Source: Escherichia coli (GTDB lineage: Bacteria > Pseudomonadota > Gammaproteobacteria > Enterobacterales > Enterobacteriaceae). From it: 64,000 bases of DNA. The stretch is taken from the NCBI RefSeq assembly GCF_003334765.1, contig NZ_QOWT01000013.1; one strand, 5' to 3'. The position numbers and the translations under genes were made by a program. The notes beneath the pieces were generated by a model that did no database searches, was not told the origin of the DNA, and saw only the letters and a list, made by a program, of their open reading frames with translations. Of the stretch, positions 63,248-64,000 are shown in pieces; position 1 is the first letter of the stretch, and every line of letters begins with the position of its first letter.

Positions 63248-64000
63248 TCAGCGCAGGCTCTCCAGCAGCATTTCTGCCATTACCCACAATGCGCGGTTGA
63301 GCTTAATATCGGTGTCGATGTTGTGAATGGCACGGGTGTGGATACGTTTTCCTTTTGCACTGCGGCCGGAAATCCCGCCTTTCAGCATATTCTCCTGGAT
63401 GGTCTGATAAGTACTCCACAGGTCCTTACCGTAATCCTCCCGGCGTCGTGGCGTCAGAATGTCGGCGGTGGTGACGGGCCGATGTTCGTCACCATAACGG
63501 TAAGTCAGTGCCGCCTGTGCCAGCTCCTGGCGTTCCGGTGGCGGCAGGACCAGCGACTGCATGGCATCACGCTTCTCCTCTATCCGGTCAAACACGCCCA
63601 CCACCTCGTAAGCCCCTTCGATAACTTTCTCCACTACATTTCCCCGGTGTGGAACACGCACTTCCCCCAGAGACTGGCCACAGACGCACCCGTTCTGGCA
63701 GACGAACCTGAAGTAACCCGGCAGCATCTGGTAGCTGGAGGTACCGTCATGAGAGTTGAGCAGAATAATTTCAGGGACATGTTCTCCGTTTATCTCTCCG
63801 GCCCGCCGCAGACGCAGCATGTGTTTTGTGTATCCCCGGCGGCCCGGGTCGCGCACGCGGGTCTGGCAGGCGAAGAATGGCTGAAAACCTTCCTGCTGCA
63901 GGCTTTCCAGTACGGTGATGGTGGGAATGTACGCATATCGTTTACTGCGGGAAGTATGCCGGTCTTCACCGAAAATACTGGGAACATAGTGCATCAGTTC
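63248..64000 (-). CDS. DUF932-family island protein (YafZ/YfjQ-like), 5' end probably beyond window
   Basis: ORF 63248..63994 (248 aa from first visible Met MHYVPSIFGEDRH); K-12 homologues as I recall them are about 273 aa with about 24 residues N-terminal to this motif, so likely truncated by the window edge. Confidence 0.6.
   Translation of the reverse strand, partial: ELMHYVPSIFGEDRHTSRSKRYAYIPTITVLESLQQEGFQPFFACQTRVRDPGRRGYTKHMLRLRRAGEINGEHVPEIILLNSHDGTSSYQMLPGYFRFVCQNGCVCGQSLGEVRVPHRGNVVEKVIEGAYEVVGVFDRIEEKRDAMQSLVLPPPERQELAQAALTYRYGDEHRPVTTADILTPRRREDYGKDLWSTYQTIQENMLKGGISGRSAKGKRIHTRAIHNIDTDIKLNRALWVMAEMLLESLR

Noticed and set aside
62433-63287. 284-aa six-frame ORF taken at face value as one protein
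   Set aside because: Only the C-terminal 158 aa (from MKTLSQNTT at 62906) look like an antirestriction protein; the N-terminal extension is Pro/Gly/Ser-rich and overlaps the 3' end of the DUF932-like gene in another frame.

Overview
This 64-kb window is Escherichia coli-type chromosome, collinear with the K-12 aspC to serW segment (gene order aspC, gloC, ycbK, ldtD, mukBEF, cmoM, elyC, ycbJ, kdsB, ycaR, ycaQ, lpxK, msbA, ycaI, ihfB, rpsA, cmk, ycaL, aroA, serC, ycaP, ycaO, focA-pflB, pflA, ycaK, ycaN, ycaM, ycaD, ycaC, dmsCBA, serS, rarA, lolA, ftsK, lrp, trxB, cydDC, aat, infA, tRNA-Ser). All identifications rest on reading the translated ORFs and on remembered K-12 gene order and protein lengths; no database search was run. 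I found no insertions in the core part (1-60095). From 60096 to the window edge the sequence is not K-12-like: instead of clpA, the 3' end of tRNA-Ser(GGA) is followed by a minus-strand accessory module resembling the cargo end of CP4-type islands (DUF932-like, KlcA/ArdB-type antirestriction, RadC-like JAB, YeeT/DUF987-like). Where those islands normally carry the CbeA/CbtA-type toxin-antitoxin pair, this one has two unrecognised small ORFs (83 aa basic, 65 aa acidic), then a terminator hairpin and a 281-aa protein I cannot assign. That small-ORF pair and the 281-aa orphan are the best candidates for an undescribed system; the island continues beyond the window so its full extent and integrase are not visible.
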